Of a DNA stretch of 64,000 bases, positions 1 to 8,021 are shown piece by piece. Made by a program: the position numbers and the translations under genes. The notes under the pieces are model-generated. The model was not told the origin of the DNA and ran no database searches. It saw nothing but the letters and a program-made list of their open reading frames with translations. This stretch comes from Syntrophotaleaceae bacterium (GTDB lineage: Bacteria; Desulfobacterota; Desulfuromonadia; Desulfuromonadales; Syntrophotaleaceae): positions 32,457-96,456 of the forward strand of contig JAWKQB010000005.1 in assembly GCA_041390365.1 (NCBI GenBank), read 5' to 3'. Position 1 is the first letter of the stretch. Each line of letters begins with the position of its first letter.

Positions 1-420
1 GCCGATCTCTTCCAGGTCGCGGTCGGTACGGAAATCCCGCAGATAGCCGCCTGCCAGGTTGAGGGCCAACCGCGGCCCGAACCGCCACTGGAGGGTTCCC
101 CGGTACTGCTGATCGATGGAATCGAGCTGCTCCTGATCGAGGTACTTCCTCAGGCCCAGACGGGCCGTGGCATCCAGCTGCAGCCGTTCGGTTTTGCGCA
201 CAAGGTCCAGTCCGGGATAGACCGTGGTGATCCAGTGGCGCTCCTCGTCCGAATCCTCGAAAAACAGGTTGTCGTTGTACTCCTGCCGCAAGGTCAGCGA
301 GGGCACCAGTTTGAGCTGGGCGGCCATTGCGGGAACGGCCGCGACGAGGAGGATCGTCATCACCAGGAGCGCCCGACGGCAGCAGCGCCCGATTTTAGAG
401 ATAAGCCTGCAACTGCTCAT
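1..420 (-). CDS. secreted beta-barrel-like outer-membrane protein, N-terminal 140 aa only (gene runs off the window); its position fits the beta-barrel component of PEP-CTERM/EPS loci
   Basis: Absent from the ORF track because it is truncated by the window edge. Own translation from ATG at 420: MSSCRLISKIGRCCRRALLVMTILLVAAVPAMAAQLKLVPSLTLRQEYNDNLFFEDSDEERHWITTVYPGLDLVRK... This gives a signal peptide followed by an alternating strand-like pattern. It starts 13 nt after the stop of the export-protein gene. Confidence 0.45.
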   Translation of the reverse strand, partial: MSSCRLISKIGRCCRRALLVMTILLVAAVPAMAAQLKLVPSLTLRQEYNDNLFFEDSDEERHWITTVYPGLDLVRKTERLQLDATARLGLRKYLDQEQLDSIDQQYRGTLQWRFGPRLALNLAGGYLRDFRTDRDLEEIG

Positions 421-433
421 GATCGACCGCCGG

Positions 434-1963
434 TCAGGGAACGACGATGACGTCGCCGCGCTGCAGGCGGATGTTCTGATCGAGATTGTCGCCCCGCATC
501 ACCTTCTTGTAATCGAAGTCGAAGGTCCGGGTTTTTCCGTTGCCGAGCTCGCGCATGATGCGGATGTCGTCCTTGTCGGCGAAGGGATTGAGACCGCCGG
601 CCATGGCGAGAGCCTGCAGGACATTGATGTTGCTGGTGATCAGGAAACGGCCGGGGCTGTTGACCTTGCCGATGATATAGATCTGCATGCTGTTGGCCTG
701 CTTGACGTCAAGAGAGATCACCGGGTCGGGGACATAGGGCGAGAGCCGGCTCTCCAGATCCGTCTTCAGTTCGTGGAGACGCTGTCCCGCGGCCTTCACC
801 TCCCCTACCAGAGGGAGAGAGATCATCCCGTCCGGGGAGATCACCACGGTCCGGCTCAGGGCTTCGTCCTTCCACACCGACACGTCCACCACATCCCCCG
901 GCCCGAGCAGGTAGTCGCCGGGTGCGGCATTTTCGGCCGAAGGCGAGGGCGCCGGCACGAAGGCTTCGGATGCAGAAGGGGCAGACGGCTGAAAAACCGT
1001 TTCCTTCAGGACCGCAGGCTTGACGATCGCCTGCTCCAGAGCGGCACGCTCGGCCCCGGCCCGCTCAAGGATCAGCGACTCTTCCCGCTCCCGGGCGGCC
1101 TGAACCCGCAGCCTGTCCAGATCAGCCTGTTCCCGTGCAGCCGCCTCACCCGCCATCCGGTCGGCTTCGGCCTTTTTGGCCGCCGCGGCTTCGGCTCGTT
1201 CACGGGCGGCCATTTCCCGCAGACGCTCCAGCTCCGCCTGTTCACGGGCGGCCTGCTCCCGGGCCCGCCTTTCGGCTTCGGCCTTTTGCGCCTCCAGAGC
1301 TTCGGCCCGTTCGCGGGCGGCCGCGGCGCGCAGCCGCTCCAGCTCCTGCCGTTCCCTGACCTGCTGCTCCAGGGCATGAGCGGCCCGTTCGGCCTCTTCC
1401 TGTTTGGCCTTCAGGGCTTCGGCCTGCTCCCGGGCCGCCATGGCGCGCAATTTCTCCAGGTCCGCCTGTTCCGCTTCCGCTTCGTTCCGAACGGTTGCGG
1501 CGGCATAGGTGGTCGGTTCCTCACGGACGGCGGGCGCCGGTTGCGAAGGCGCAGTCTCCGCCCCCGCGCCCATGGCGGCCCGTCGCGCCTCCTCGAGACG
1601 GCGCACGGCCTCCTGGGTCTGCTGCCGGGCGGCCTCGGACTTCTGCCGGGCCTCCTTCAGCTTGGGGGAGTCCTGCTCTTTTCCGGCCTGCTCCAGAGCC
1701 AGCCGCTCCGCTTCGGCCTGCTGCGCCGCACGCCGCGCCTTTTCCAGGCGGCGCATGGCATCGAGAGCTTCCCGCTTGGTCGCGGCAGCCCTCTCCTCGA
1801 CAGACTGAACCTCTTTCTTCCGGGATTTGCCCTGATCGGGAACAGGAGCATAGTTGCCGTCATGGGGATCGTTCCACAAAGACCAGGCCCCGACCGGCAC
1901 CGGCACCATCCAAACCCCCGTCAACACCGCCGCTAGCAGGATGAGACCAAGGAAAATTCGCAT
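434..1963 (-). CDS. periplasmic polysaccharide export protein (Wza/EpsE-like, Poly_export + SLBB) carrying a ~320-aa Ala/Glu/Arg-rich repeat region
   Basis: ATG preceded by AGGAG. N-terminal TM/signal MRIFLGLILLAAVLTGVW. The C-terminal ~170 aa (PGDYLLGPGDVVDVSVW...ISLPLVGEVKAAG...IYIIGKVNSPGRF...VLQALAMAGG...LQRGDVIVVP) is the classic polysaccharide-export/SLBB signature. Confidence 0.8.
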   Translation of the reverse strand: MRIFLGLILLAAVLTGVWMVPVPVGAWSLWNDPHDGNYAPVPDQGKSRKKEVQSVEERAAATKREALDAMRRLEKARRAAQQAEAERLALEQAGKEQDSPKLKEARQKSEAARQQTQEAVRRLEEARRAAMGAGAETAPSQPAPAVREEPTTYAAATVRNEAEAEQADLEKLRAMAAREQAEALKAKQEEAERAAHALEQQVRERQELERLRAAAARERAEALEAQKAEAERRAREQAAREQAELERLREMAARERAEAAAAKKAEADRMAGEAAAREQADLDRLRVQAAREREESLILERAGAERAALEQAIVKPAVLKETVFQPSAPSASEAFVPAPSPSAENAAPGDYLLGPGDVVDVSVWKDEALSRTVVISPDGMISLPLVGEVKAAGQRLHELKTDLESRLSPYVPDPVISLDVKQANSMQIYIIGKVNSPGRFLITSNINVLQALAMAGGLNPFADKDDIRIMRELGNGKTRTFDFDYKKVMRGDNLDQNIRLQRGDVIVVP

Positions 1964-1980
1964 AACAAACTCCTGAATTC

Positions 1981-2020
1981 AGTTGCTAGTCGCTAGTTGC
2001 TGGTTGCTAGTAGTTGCCAG
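1981..2020. repeat. heptamer tandem array, unit AGTTGCT (about 5 units)
   Basis: agttgct agtcgct agttgct ggttgct agtagtt, read directly from the sequence. It fills the spacer between the export-protein start and the prsT stop. Confidence 0.9.
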
Positions 2021-2030
2021 CCCCTGACCC

Positions 2031-4433
2031 CTAGCCGCTAACCGCCGCCTTTAACGCCTTCTCCGCCTCTTCCCGGCCAATGAAGGGTTCGTTGCCAGCC
2101 AGGGATTTTTCCAGATATTTCTTCGCTTCCTCCTTGTTGCCCATATCGAGGGCAATCATCCCCAGGTGGAAGTTGATGACCGGATTTTCGGGGGAAGCGG
2201 CCAGCGCCTGCCGCAACCACTGCTGGGCTTCTGCATGATTGCCGCGCCGGTAGTGGACCCAGCCCAGGGTATCCAGGACGGAAGGATCTTCGGGAGCGAA
2301 ACTGCGGGCCTGCAGCACCAGCTTGAGCGCTTTGTCCAGCTCCTCCTGGCCGGTCGGGCCCTCGGCCAGCAGAAAGGCCAGGTCATTGGCCCCCCGCCAG
2401 AAATCCGGCTGGACCTCGAGAGCCTTTTCGAGCAGGGATATGGCACCGGAACGATCTCCCCGCCGCTGTTTCAGATAGCTGAGCGCCTGGTAGGCTCCGA
2501 CGTTGCGGGGCGTTTTTTCAAGAGCCCGCTGCAGAACGGCTTCGGCCTGTTCCATCTCCCCTTCACGCAGAAAAGATTCGGCGAGATGTTTGTAGGGGGC
2601 CGGCCAATCGGGCTGCAGGGCGATCGCCTTCTCAAATTCCTCCCGAGCCTCAGCGGGGCGCCTCTGCACGAGAAGCAGTTCCCCCTGCAGATTGTGATCA
2701 AAGGGGTTTGCCCCCCGGCGGTCGAGCCGTTTTGCAACGAAATCAACGGCTTCCTGCACCCGGCCCTGGCTGAGACTGAGCTGCATGTAGGCGGCCGCCA
2801 GCAGATCGTTGTCAGGCAGTTTCCGCACTCCTTTTTCCAGTTCGGCCAGGGCTTTGCCCGGCTCCTTCCGGCTCTGGTGCCAGGCACTCAGGCGGAGATA
2901 GCCCACGGGCAGTTCGGGCGCGTTTTCGATCAGCCGCGCATAAATCTCCCCCGCTTCAGCCGAACGCCCTTCGAAAGCGTAAAGATCGGCGGCCTGGGTG
3001 AGCACTTCCAGGTCTTCGGGATGTTTTTTCAGCCAGTCCTGGAGAAGGGTGCGGGCGGCGGCCAGCTGCCCCTGCCTCATCTGCAAGCGACTCAGAGCCA
3101 TCAGCAGCGGCCGGGATTCCGGGAAAAGGTCGAGGCCCTGCTGCAGGATGTCGGCGGCCAGATTGAGTTCCCGGTTCATGAGATGGGCATCCGCGAGACG
3201 GATCCGTGCCTCGGCAAAATCGGGACGCTCTCCGACCACAGTGCGGAAAGAGGTTACAGCCTCGGCCGCATCCCCTTTCATCAGCTGCAGGCTGCCGAGA
3301 ATATAGAGAGCGTCCACATTTTTGGCGCTGCTCTTGAGAACTTTGGAGGCAGTCTGCTCGGCCTGATCGAAATTTCCCTGCTGAAAATGAAGCCCCGCCA
3401 GGGCGGTCATCAGCTCGAGGGCTTCGGGGCTTTCGTCGTCCTTGATCCCCGAAAGCCCTTCCTGCAGCAGGGTTCTGGATTTCTCGACGTCCCCTTCGGA
3501 CTTGAGGATCAGTTCTGCCAACGCCAGCCGCACCTTGCTCAAACGGGGGTGCCCGCGGAGGCCGTCCTCCAGCAGCGTGCGGGCCTTATTGACATCGCCG
3601 CCAGCCAGGTGGAGCTCGGCGACCTGGAGCCAGGCCTGGTCCTTTTCGCCAGCCGAATCCAGGTAGTCCCGCAGCACCTCATCGGCCTCCTTCACCTGCC
3701 CGGCCTGGACATGAAGACGGGCCAGCAGGAGAGCCAGTTCGGGCTTCTCCGGATGATCCTTGCTGGCCTGGCGCAGCAGTTCGGCGGCCTTCTGAAAACT
3801 TCCGCGCAGCTGATAGTACTCGGCCAGCTTAAGCTGGAGCGGCAGGTTGGCGGGGTTGACTTCCAGTCCCTTTTCGATCAGCGCCTGGGCCTCGTCCACC
3901 CTGCCCTGCTCGCGAGAGACAACGGCCAGCAGCAGGAAGAGATCCGGCTGCTTCTCCCCTTCCTCCAGCATTTTTTTCAGGAACGGATCAACCTGCTCCC
4001 AGTTTTTCTGGGCAACCCAGACCGCTGCTTTCAGAAGCTTCGCCTCCGGATGCTGCGGTACGGCCTTCAGGACCGCCTCGGCCTCGTCCATGGCTTTTTC
4101 CGGCAGCTGGGCGCCGAGGTAGATCTTGCCGATCTGCAGGTGAGCGCCGGAGTGTTGAGGATCGAGTTCGACCGTCTTCTGGAACCGGCCAAGAGCTCCC
4201 TTGAAATTCCCCTGCGCCAGCTCAGTCATACCGAGCATGTGGTGGGCGTCGACGTATTTGGGGTCGATCTGCAGCGCGTTCTTGAATTCCAGACCGGCTT
4301 TGACATACTCCCCTTCATCGTACAGGGATTGCCCTTTGGAGAAGAACCGGGCTTTTTTCTCTTCAGGACCGCTGCAGCCGACAATGATCGATCCGATGAT
4401 CATGCACAGGGCAGCCAGAAAAATGAGTTTCAT
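2031..4433 (-). CDS. prsT: PEP-CTERM-system TPR-repeat lipoprotein
   Basis: 800 aa with lipobox (IIVGC). The whole length is TPR repeats (A..Y..G...A...F..AL..P). The size and its position next to the exporter, exosortase and EpsI fit the PrsT family. Confidence 0.7.
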   Translation of the reverse strand: MKLIFLAALCMIIGSIIVGCSGPEEKKARFFSKGQSLYDEGEYVKAGLEFKNALQIDPKYVDAHHMLGMTELAQGNFKGALGRFQKTVELDPQHSGAHLQIGKIYLGAQLPEKAMDEAEAVLKAVPQHPEAKLLKAAVWVAQKNWEQVDPFLKKMLEEGEKQPDLFLLLAVVSREQGRVDEAQALIEKGLEVNPANLPLQLKLAEYYQLRGSFQKAAELLRQASKDHPEKPELALLLARLHVQAGQVKEADEVLRDYLDSAGEKDQAWLQVAELHLAGGDVNKARTLLEDGLRGHPRLSKVRLALAELILKSEGDVEKSRTLLQEGLSGIKDDESPEALELMTALAGLHFQQGNFDQAEQTASKVLKSSAKNVDALYILGSLQLMKGDAAEAVTSFRTVVGERPDFAEARIRLADAHLMNRELNLAADILQQGLDLFPESRPLLMALSRLQMRQGQLAAARTLLQDWLKKHPEDLEVLTQAADLYAFEGRSAEAGEIYARLIENAPELPVGYLRLSAWHQSRKEPGKALAELEKGVRKLPDNDLLAAAYMQLSLSQGRVQEAVDFVAKRLDRRGANPFDHNLQGELLLVQRRPAEAREEFEKAIALQPDWPAPYKHLAESFLREGEMEQAEAVLQRALEKTPRNVGAYQALSYLKQRRGDRSGAISLLEKALEVQPDFWRGANDLAFLLAEGPTGQEELDKALKLVLQARSFAPEDPSVLDTLGWVHYRRGNHAEAQQWLRQALAASPENPVINFHLGMIALDMGNKEEAKKYLEKSLAGNEPFIGREEAEKALKAAVSG

Positions 4434-4523
4434 GTTGTCCGCCTTTCAAAGGGAAGTCGATCATTCCATAAAACCGGAGAGCAGATACTGTGGACTCATT
4501 GTAAAAATCTTGTTAGGCCTGAT

Positions 4524-6170
4524 TTAGAATACCGTTTGCAGCAATCCACCGGCCCCGGCCAGCAGAAAAAGAGCTGAAACAAGCTGCAGTTTCCTGAAAC
4601 GGTGGCGCAATTCCACCAGCAGCACCTCGAAGCTGAAAAACAGCACCAGGATTTCCGCCGCGACGATCAGCAGCCGCATCCTTTCCTGGATCGTACCCGC
4701 AAAGAGAGGGGCCGCAAGAACGATGAGAAGAATCAGCAGGTCGAGGGGCGTGCTGCGATAGCCGGAGCGCCGGGTCAGCTTGATGACCATGGTCGCCACC
4801 AGACCGAGGACCAGGAACCCACCGTCGGCCAGGTGCAGCAGAAAAACGGGCACGGGCAAATCCTTGCCGTTAAACTGTCCGAAATAGACCAGAAAGGGCA
4901 CGACCAGGAAAAAGGCACCCCGCAGCATCCAACCCCGCCAGTCCTCGGGCATGGCCAGGCCGGCCAGGAGCATTCCTCCGGTTCCTGCAAGAAACCAGGG
5001 GAACCAGGAGGGAGTGCCGACAGGCAGCAGCAAAACAAGACGCAGCCCGATCAGGGCCAGGAGTAACTTCAGGCCCGTGAATGCCCAGCGGATCGGCAGA
5101 TCGGAACCGCGGATGCCCGCCCAGGTTGACAGCAGGGGCTTTGCCAGGCGGTGAAGGGGAGAATCACTTTTCGCTTCGTGAACCGGGCTTTTCAGCAGCA
5201 GCATCGCCATGCCGGAAAATCCGGCGCATCCGGCCAGTAAACCTCCCTCGGGCCCAAAACGGAACAGGCAGGCTCCGACTGTCAGTAAAGCGTGCAGAAC
5301 ATAGATAAGGGCCACCGCTTCCGAATGGTAGAGTCCCCGGGCGAGAAGTTTATGGTGAAAATGATTGCGGTCGGCGCTGAAGGGCGGCAGCCCCCGTCTG
5401 ACCCGCTCGACCATGACCCGCAAAGTATCGAAGACCGGAAAGGCGAGCAGCATCAGCGGGAAGAAGGGACTGTAGGGGGCCTGCTGGCTCATTTCCAGGG
5501 ACAGGACGATGGCCAGAAACCCGAGCAGCTGACTGCCCGCGTCCCCCATGAAGATCGAGGCCGGATGGGTATTGAAGCGCAGGAAGCCGAAAATCGCCCC
5601 GCACACGCTGGCCGCCACCAGGGCCACCTCCCATCTTCCCGATTCGAAACCGAGCCAGGTCAGGGCCGCGAAGGTCAACAGTGAGATCCCTCCCGCCAGC
5701 CCGTCAAGCCCGTCCGCCAGGTTGATGGCATTGGTGACGCCGACGATTGCCGTCAGGGTCAGCGGGATCGATAAGAAGGGAGGCAGCAGGAATCCTTCGG
5801 GAAGCAACCCATCAAGGGAGCGAATCTGAACCCCGCCCCAGAAAATCACGATCAGGGCGGCCAACACCTGGACACCGAACTTGGTGGCTGAATTCAGCTC
5901 CCGCAGATCGTCCAGAAAACCGAAGGCCGCGATCAGGCCGGAGGCTGTCACCAACGGCAGGAGCAGGGAGGTATTCGGCATCCAGAGCAGAACCGGAATC
6001 ATGACCCCGAAAGCCATGGCCACCCCGCCGATCCGGGGGATCGGCCGCTTGTGCACCTTGCGCTCATTGGGCAAGTCCACCGCACCCCAGCGGATCGCAA
6101 AGGTCCGCAATAGCGGCACCAACGCCAGGGTGATGAACAGCGACATCAGCAGTGCGGCGAAATAGGACAT
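4524..6170 (-). CDS. undecaprenyl-phosphate HexNAc-1-phosphate transferase (MraY/WecA family, GT4) with an extra ~200-aa multi-TM C-terminal extension
   Basis: N-terminal 340 aa show WecA/WbpL-type motifs: AVDLPNERKVHKRPIPRIGG, NAINLADGLDGLAGG, FMGDAGSQLLGF, VFDTLRVMVERV. The C-terminal part is hydrophobic helices without a recognisable motif. Confidence 0.8.
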   Translation of the reverse strand: MSYFAALLMSLFITLALVPLLRTFAIRWGAVDLPNERKVHKRPIPRIGGVAMAFGVMIPVLLWMPNTSLLLPLVTASGLIAAFGFLDDLRELNSATKFGVQVLAALIVIFWGGVQIRSLDGLLPEGFLLPPFLSIPLTLTAIVGVTNAINLADGLDGLAGGISLLTFAALTWLGFESGRWEVALVAASVCGAIFGFLRFNTHPASIFMGDAGSQLLGFLAIVLSLEMSQQAPYSPFFPLMLLAFPVFDTLRVMVERVRRGLPPFSADRNHFHHKLLARGLYHSEAVALIYVLHALLTVGACLFRFGPEGGLLAGCAGFSGMAMLLLKSPVHEAKSDSPLHRLAKPLLSTWAGIRGSDLPIRWAFTGLKLLLALIGLRLVLLLPVGTPSWFPWFLAGTGGMLLAGLAMPEDWRGWMLRGAFFLVVPFLVYFGQFNGKDLPVPVFLLHLADGGFLVLGLVATMVIKLTRRSGYRSTPLDLLILLIVLAAPLFAGTIQERMRLLIVAAEILVLFFSFEVLLVELRHRFRKLQLVSALFLLAGAGGLLQTVF

Positions 6171-6182
6171 TATAAAACCAGG

Positions 6183-6217
6183 GGCTAGTGGCTGGTGGCT
6201 GGTGGCTGGTGACTGGC
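6183..6217. repeat. heptamer tandem array, unit GGCTGGT (5 units)
   Basis: ggctagt ggctggt ggctggt ggctggt gactggc. Confidence 0.9.
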
Positions 6218-6260
6218 GAAAATTAAAAGCAAACGAATAAAGGACTTCGACCTTTTATCT

Positions 6261-6301
6261 TGAACCTGATACCTGAAACCTGGCTCCTGAAACCTGAATC
6301 T
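6261..6301. repeat. heptamer tandem array, unit TGAAACC (6 units), abutting the exosortase stop codon
   Basis: tgaacc tgatacc tgaaacc tggctcc tgaaacc tgaatct. Confidence 0.9.
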
Positions 6302-7843
6302 TTACCCTTCTTTTCCCGGCAGATACTGATCGAGCAGTTGCACGACCGTCCGGGTCATCTCCTGCAGGCGGCGGTCGGCCAGTTCAACCGTTTCCTCTTT
6401 GCTGACCGGGGTTATCAGGCGCACCAGGGAGCCGTCGGTGCGCTGGTAGATCAGGGCATCCCAGAAGTTGAACAGCTTCATTTCCGCCATGCCGGTGAGA
6501 ATCCGGCCGCGCTGGGGAAACCAGTAATAGGTCAGCTGCCTGTAATCCCCCTTCTCGATGATGGCCCGCTTGATCCGAATCTGCCGGCCCTCCTCAGGGT
6601 TGATGGTCACGGTGGTCAGACCGGCGTCGTTGAAGACCCATCCGTCTCCCGGGAGGCAGGAGGAGGGAGAATGGATCGACTCCCCCTTGCGCTGGGTTTC
6701 GTAGTAGGCGATGTAGAGATTAATGACCGAACCGCGCGGGTCCCGGTAGTCGATCAGCAGGTAGTCGGAAAAATCGAGGGCATCGATATACTTCTGCTCA
6801 AGGGATTGAGGAATGCCCTGCCACTCTCCGATCCTGAGCGGGAATCCGGCCAGGGGCTGCTTGACCGGGGTCTTCTCCCGGAAATCGATCCCCTGGGCGG
6901 CGGCGACCGTGACCAGCATGAGCAGCAAACCGATCACCGCGGCGGGCAGCGGCAGAGCGCGTCCCGGGACTTCCCCCACAGCTGTCGCCGCTTCCCGGGC
7001 TGGGTTTGGGCCCAGCCGATCGGGAAATATTCGCTTGAGCAGCATCATCTCGGGGACAAGTACGCCGAGCACGAACATGAAGGTGAACCAGCCGGCGAAA
7101 TCATGGAAAAAACCTTCGGCAACGGCCGGCCCCCAGAACTGGAACAGGAAACCGGTGGCGGCAATGCGCAGACCGTTGGTCAGAACCACCAGGGGGACGG
7201 TGGACAGCACAAGCACGGCTTTCTTCCACCAGGCGCCGCGAAACATGTAGGCCAGGATCAGGCCGAGAATGATGATCGGGAACAGGTAGCGCAGGCCGCT
7301 GCAGGCATCGACCACCTGCAGCCGGGTGAAGCCGAGGTCGATGACGTTCCCCTCCCGGTAGGCGGTCATCCCCATCAGCTGCATCATGATCACGCCCATC
7401 TTCGAGGAGATCAGCTTGAGCTGCAGGGACAGGTTGGAGGCGACCAGATTGGGCGGCGGGAACATCGCCAGGCTCAACAGCAGGGGAAACCGGATGGTTT
7501 TCAGCTTCGCTCCGCCCAGATGCAGCCAGAGCAGCCCGACCGCCACCAGCCAGAGGGAAAGAAACAGCGTGAAGTATTCCCCGCCCAGTTCCCCGAGCCA
7601 GAACAGCCCAAGCCCCGGGAACACCACCAGAAGCCCCCACCAGGAAACCGTTGCCGGCACCCGGTTAAACTCGTCCCGCCTGTCCCAGATCAGGTAGGCG
7701 ACAACCAGGGGAACCAGGTAACAGTAGTTGAAATCGGGGCTGTCCCATTGAGAAAGCAGATATGGGAAGGTGTGCCGGTACAGAAGAGCAAATAAAATGC
7801 CGTAGCCCCCCACCAGGGCCAGGACCCTCCAGTTCTTCAACAT
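6302..7843 (-). CDS. exosortase (EpsH family) fused to a C-terminal EpsI-family domain
   Basis: I trimmed the ORF track entry 6302..8098 to the ATG at 7843 (MLKNWRVLALVGGYG...); the upstream extension overlaps the wecB 3' end and is non-hydrophobic junk. Exosortase signature residues are present (VVDACSGLRYL, TNGLRIA, HDFAGW). The C-terminal 200 aa has the EpsI signature (HSPSSCLPGDGW). Confidence 0.8.
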   Translation of the reverse strand: MLKNWRVLALVGGYGILFALLYRHTFPYLLSQWDSPDFNYCYLVPLVVAYLIWDRRDEFNRVPATVSWWGLLVVFPGLGLFWLGELGGEYFTLFLSLWLVAVGLLWLHLGGAKLKTIRFPLLLSLAMFPPPNLVASNLSLQLKLISSKMGVIMMQLMGMTAYREGNVIDLGFTRLQVVDACSGLRYLFPIIILGLILAYMFRGAWWKKAVLVLSTVPLVVLTNGLRIAATGFLFQFWGPAVAEGFFHDFAGWFTFMFVLGVLVPEMMLLKRIFPDRLGPNPAREAATAVGEVPGRALPLPAAVIGLLLMLVTVAAAQGIDFREKTPVKQPLAGFPLRIGEWQGIPQSLEQKYIDALDFSDYLLIDYRDPRGSVINLYIAYYETQRKGESIHSPSSCLPGDGWVFNDAGLTTVTINPEEGRQIRIKRAIIEKGDYRQLTYYWFPQRGRILTGMAEMKLFNFWDALIYQRTDGSLVRLITPVSKEETVELADRRLQEMTRTVVQLLDQYLPGKEG

Positions 7844-7904
7844 AATGCAATTCCTCGTGTTTCTGAATAAAATCACCCCCTGTTTCCGGATCGGAAACGA
7901 GGAA
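7844..7904 (-). promoter_or_regulatory. 5' UTR hairpin that can sequester the exosortase Shine-Dalgarno
   Basis: mRNA reads UUCCUCGUUUCCGAUCCGGAAACAGGGGGUGAUUUUAUUCAGAAACACGAGGAAUUGCAUUAUG. UUCCUCGU (7904-7897) pairs with ACGAGGAA (7858-7851), which contains the GAGGA SD 7-8 nt before the ATG. A nested 7-bp hairpin is GUUUCCG/CGGAAAC. Confidence 0.35.
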
Positions 7905-7932
7905 TTTTTCGTCGTAGCAAGGAAATCTAGGG

Positions 7933-7967
7933 CTTGCGCGGAGGCGTACATCGGTACGCCGCACAAG
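7933..7967 (-). terminator. stem-loop downstream of wecB (weak terminator or processing-site candidate, no clear U-tract)
   Basis: cttgcgcggaGGCGTACatcgGTACGCCgcacaag: a 7-bp GC-rich core stem plus outer pairs. It lies in the 178-nt wecB-exosortase spacer. Confidence 0.3.
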
Positions 7968-8021
7968 CAAGGCCGCGGATTGACGCCGCAACGGCGGAAA
8001 AGAACCGTTTCCGGCCGGAAA

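Noticed and set aside
224-1936. 570-aa plus-strand ORF, and several nested ORFs on both strands at 1072-1944
   Set aside because: It is antisense to the well-supported export-protein gene. The translation is Arg/Gly/Pro/Leu-rich low-complexity sequence, typical of out-of-frame or antisense reading of GC-rich repetitive DNA. It has no motifs.
4434-4523. Sigma-54 (GG-N10-GC) promoters upstream of prsT, the exosortase gene or the leader, as expected for PrsK/PrsR-controlled loci
   Set aside because: I found no TGGCAC-N5-TTGC-like match when reading the minus-strand spacers.
2166-4577. 803-aa plus-strand ORF opposite prsT. Similar long antisense ORFs lie at 6260-7795, 8421-9203, 9578-11905, 11932-13464, 14207-15934, 26236-28020, 28031-29356, 35913-37091, 41803-43530, 47992-49236, 52089-52787, 54800-55513, 56502-57632, 62106-62906 and 63182-63898.
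   Set aside because: Each overlaps an opposite-strand gene with clear family motifs. The antisense products are stop-poor only because of the high G+C, and they show biased composition without any recognisable domain.
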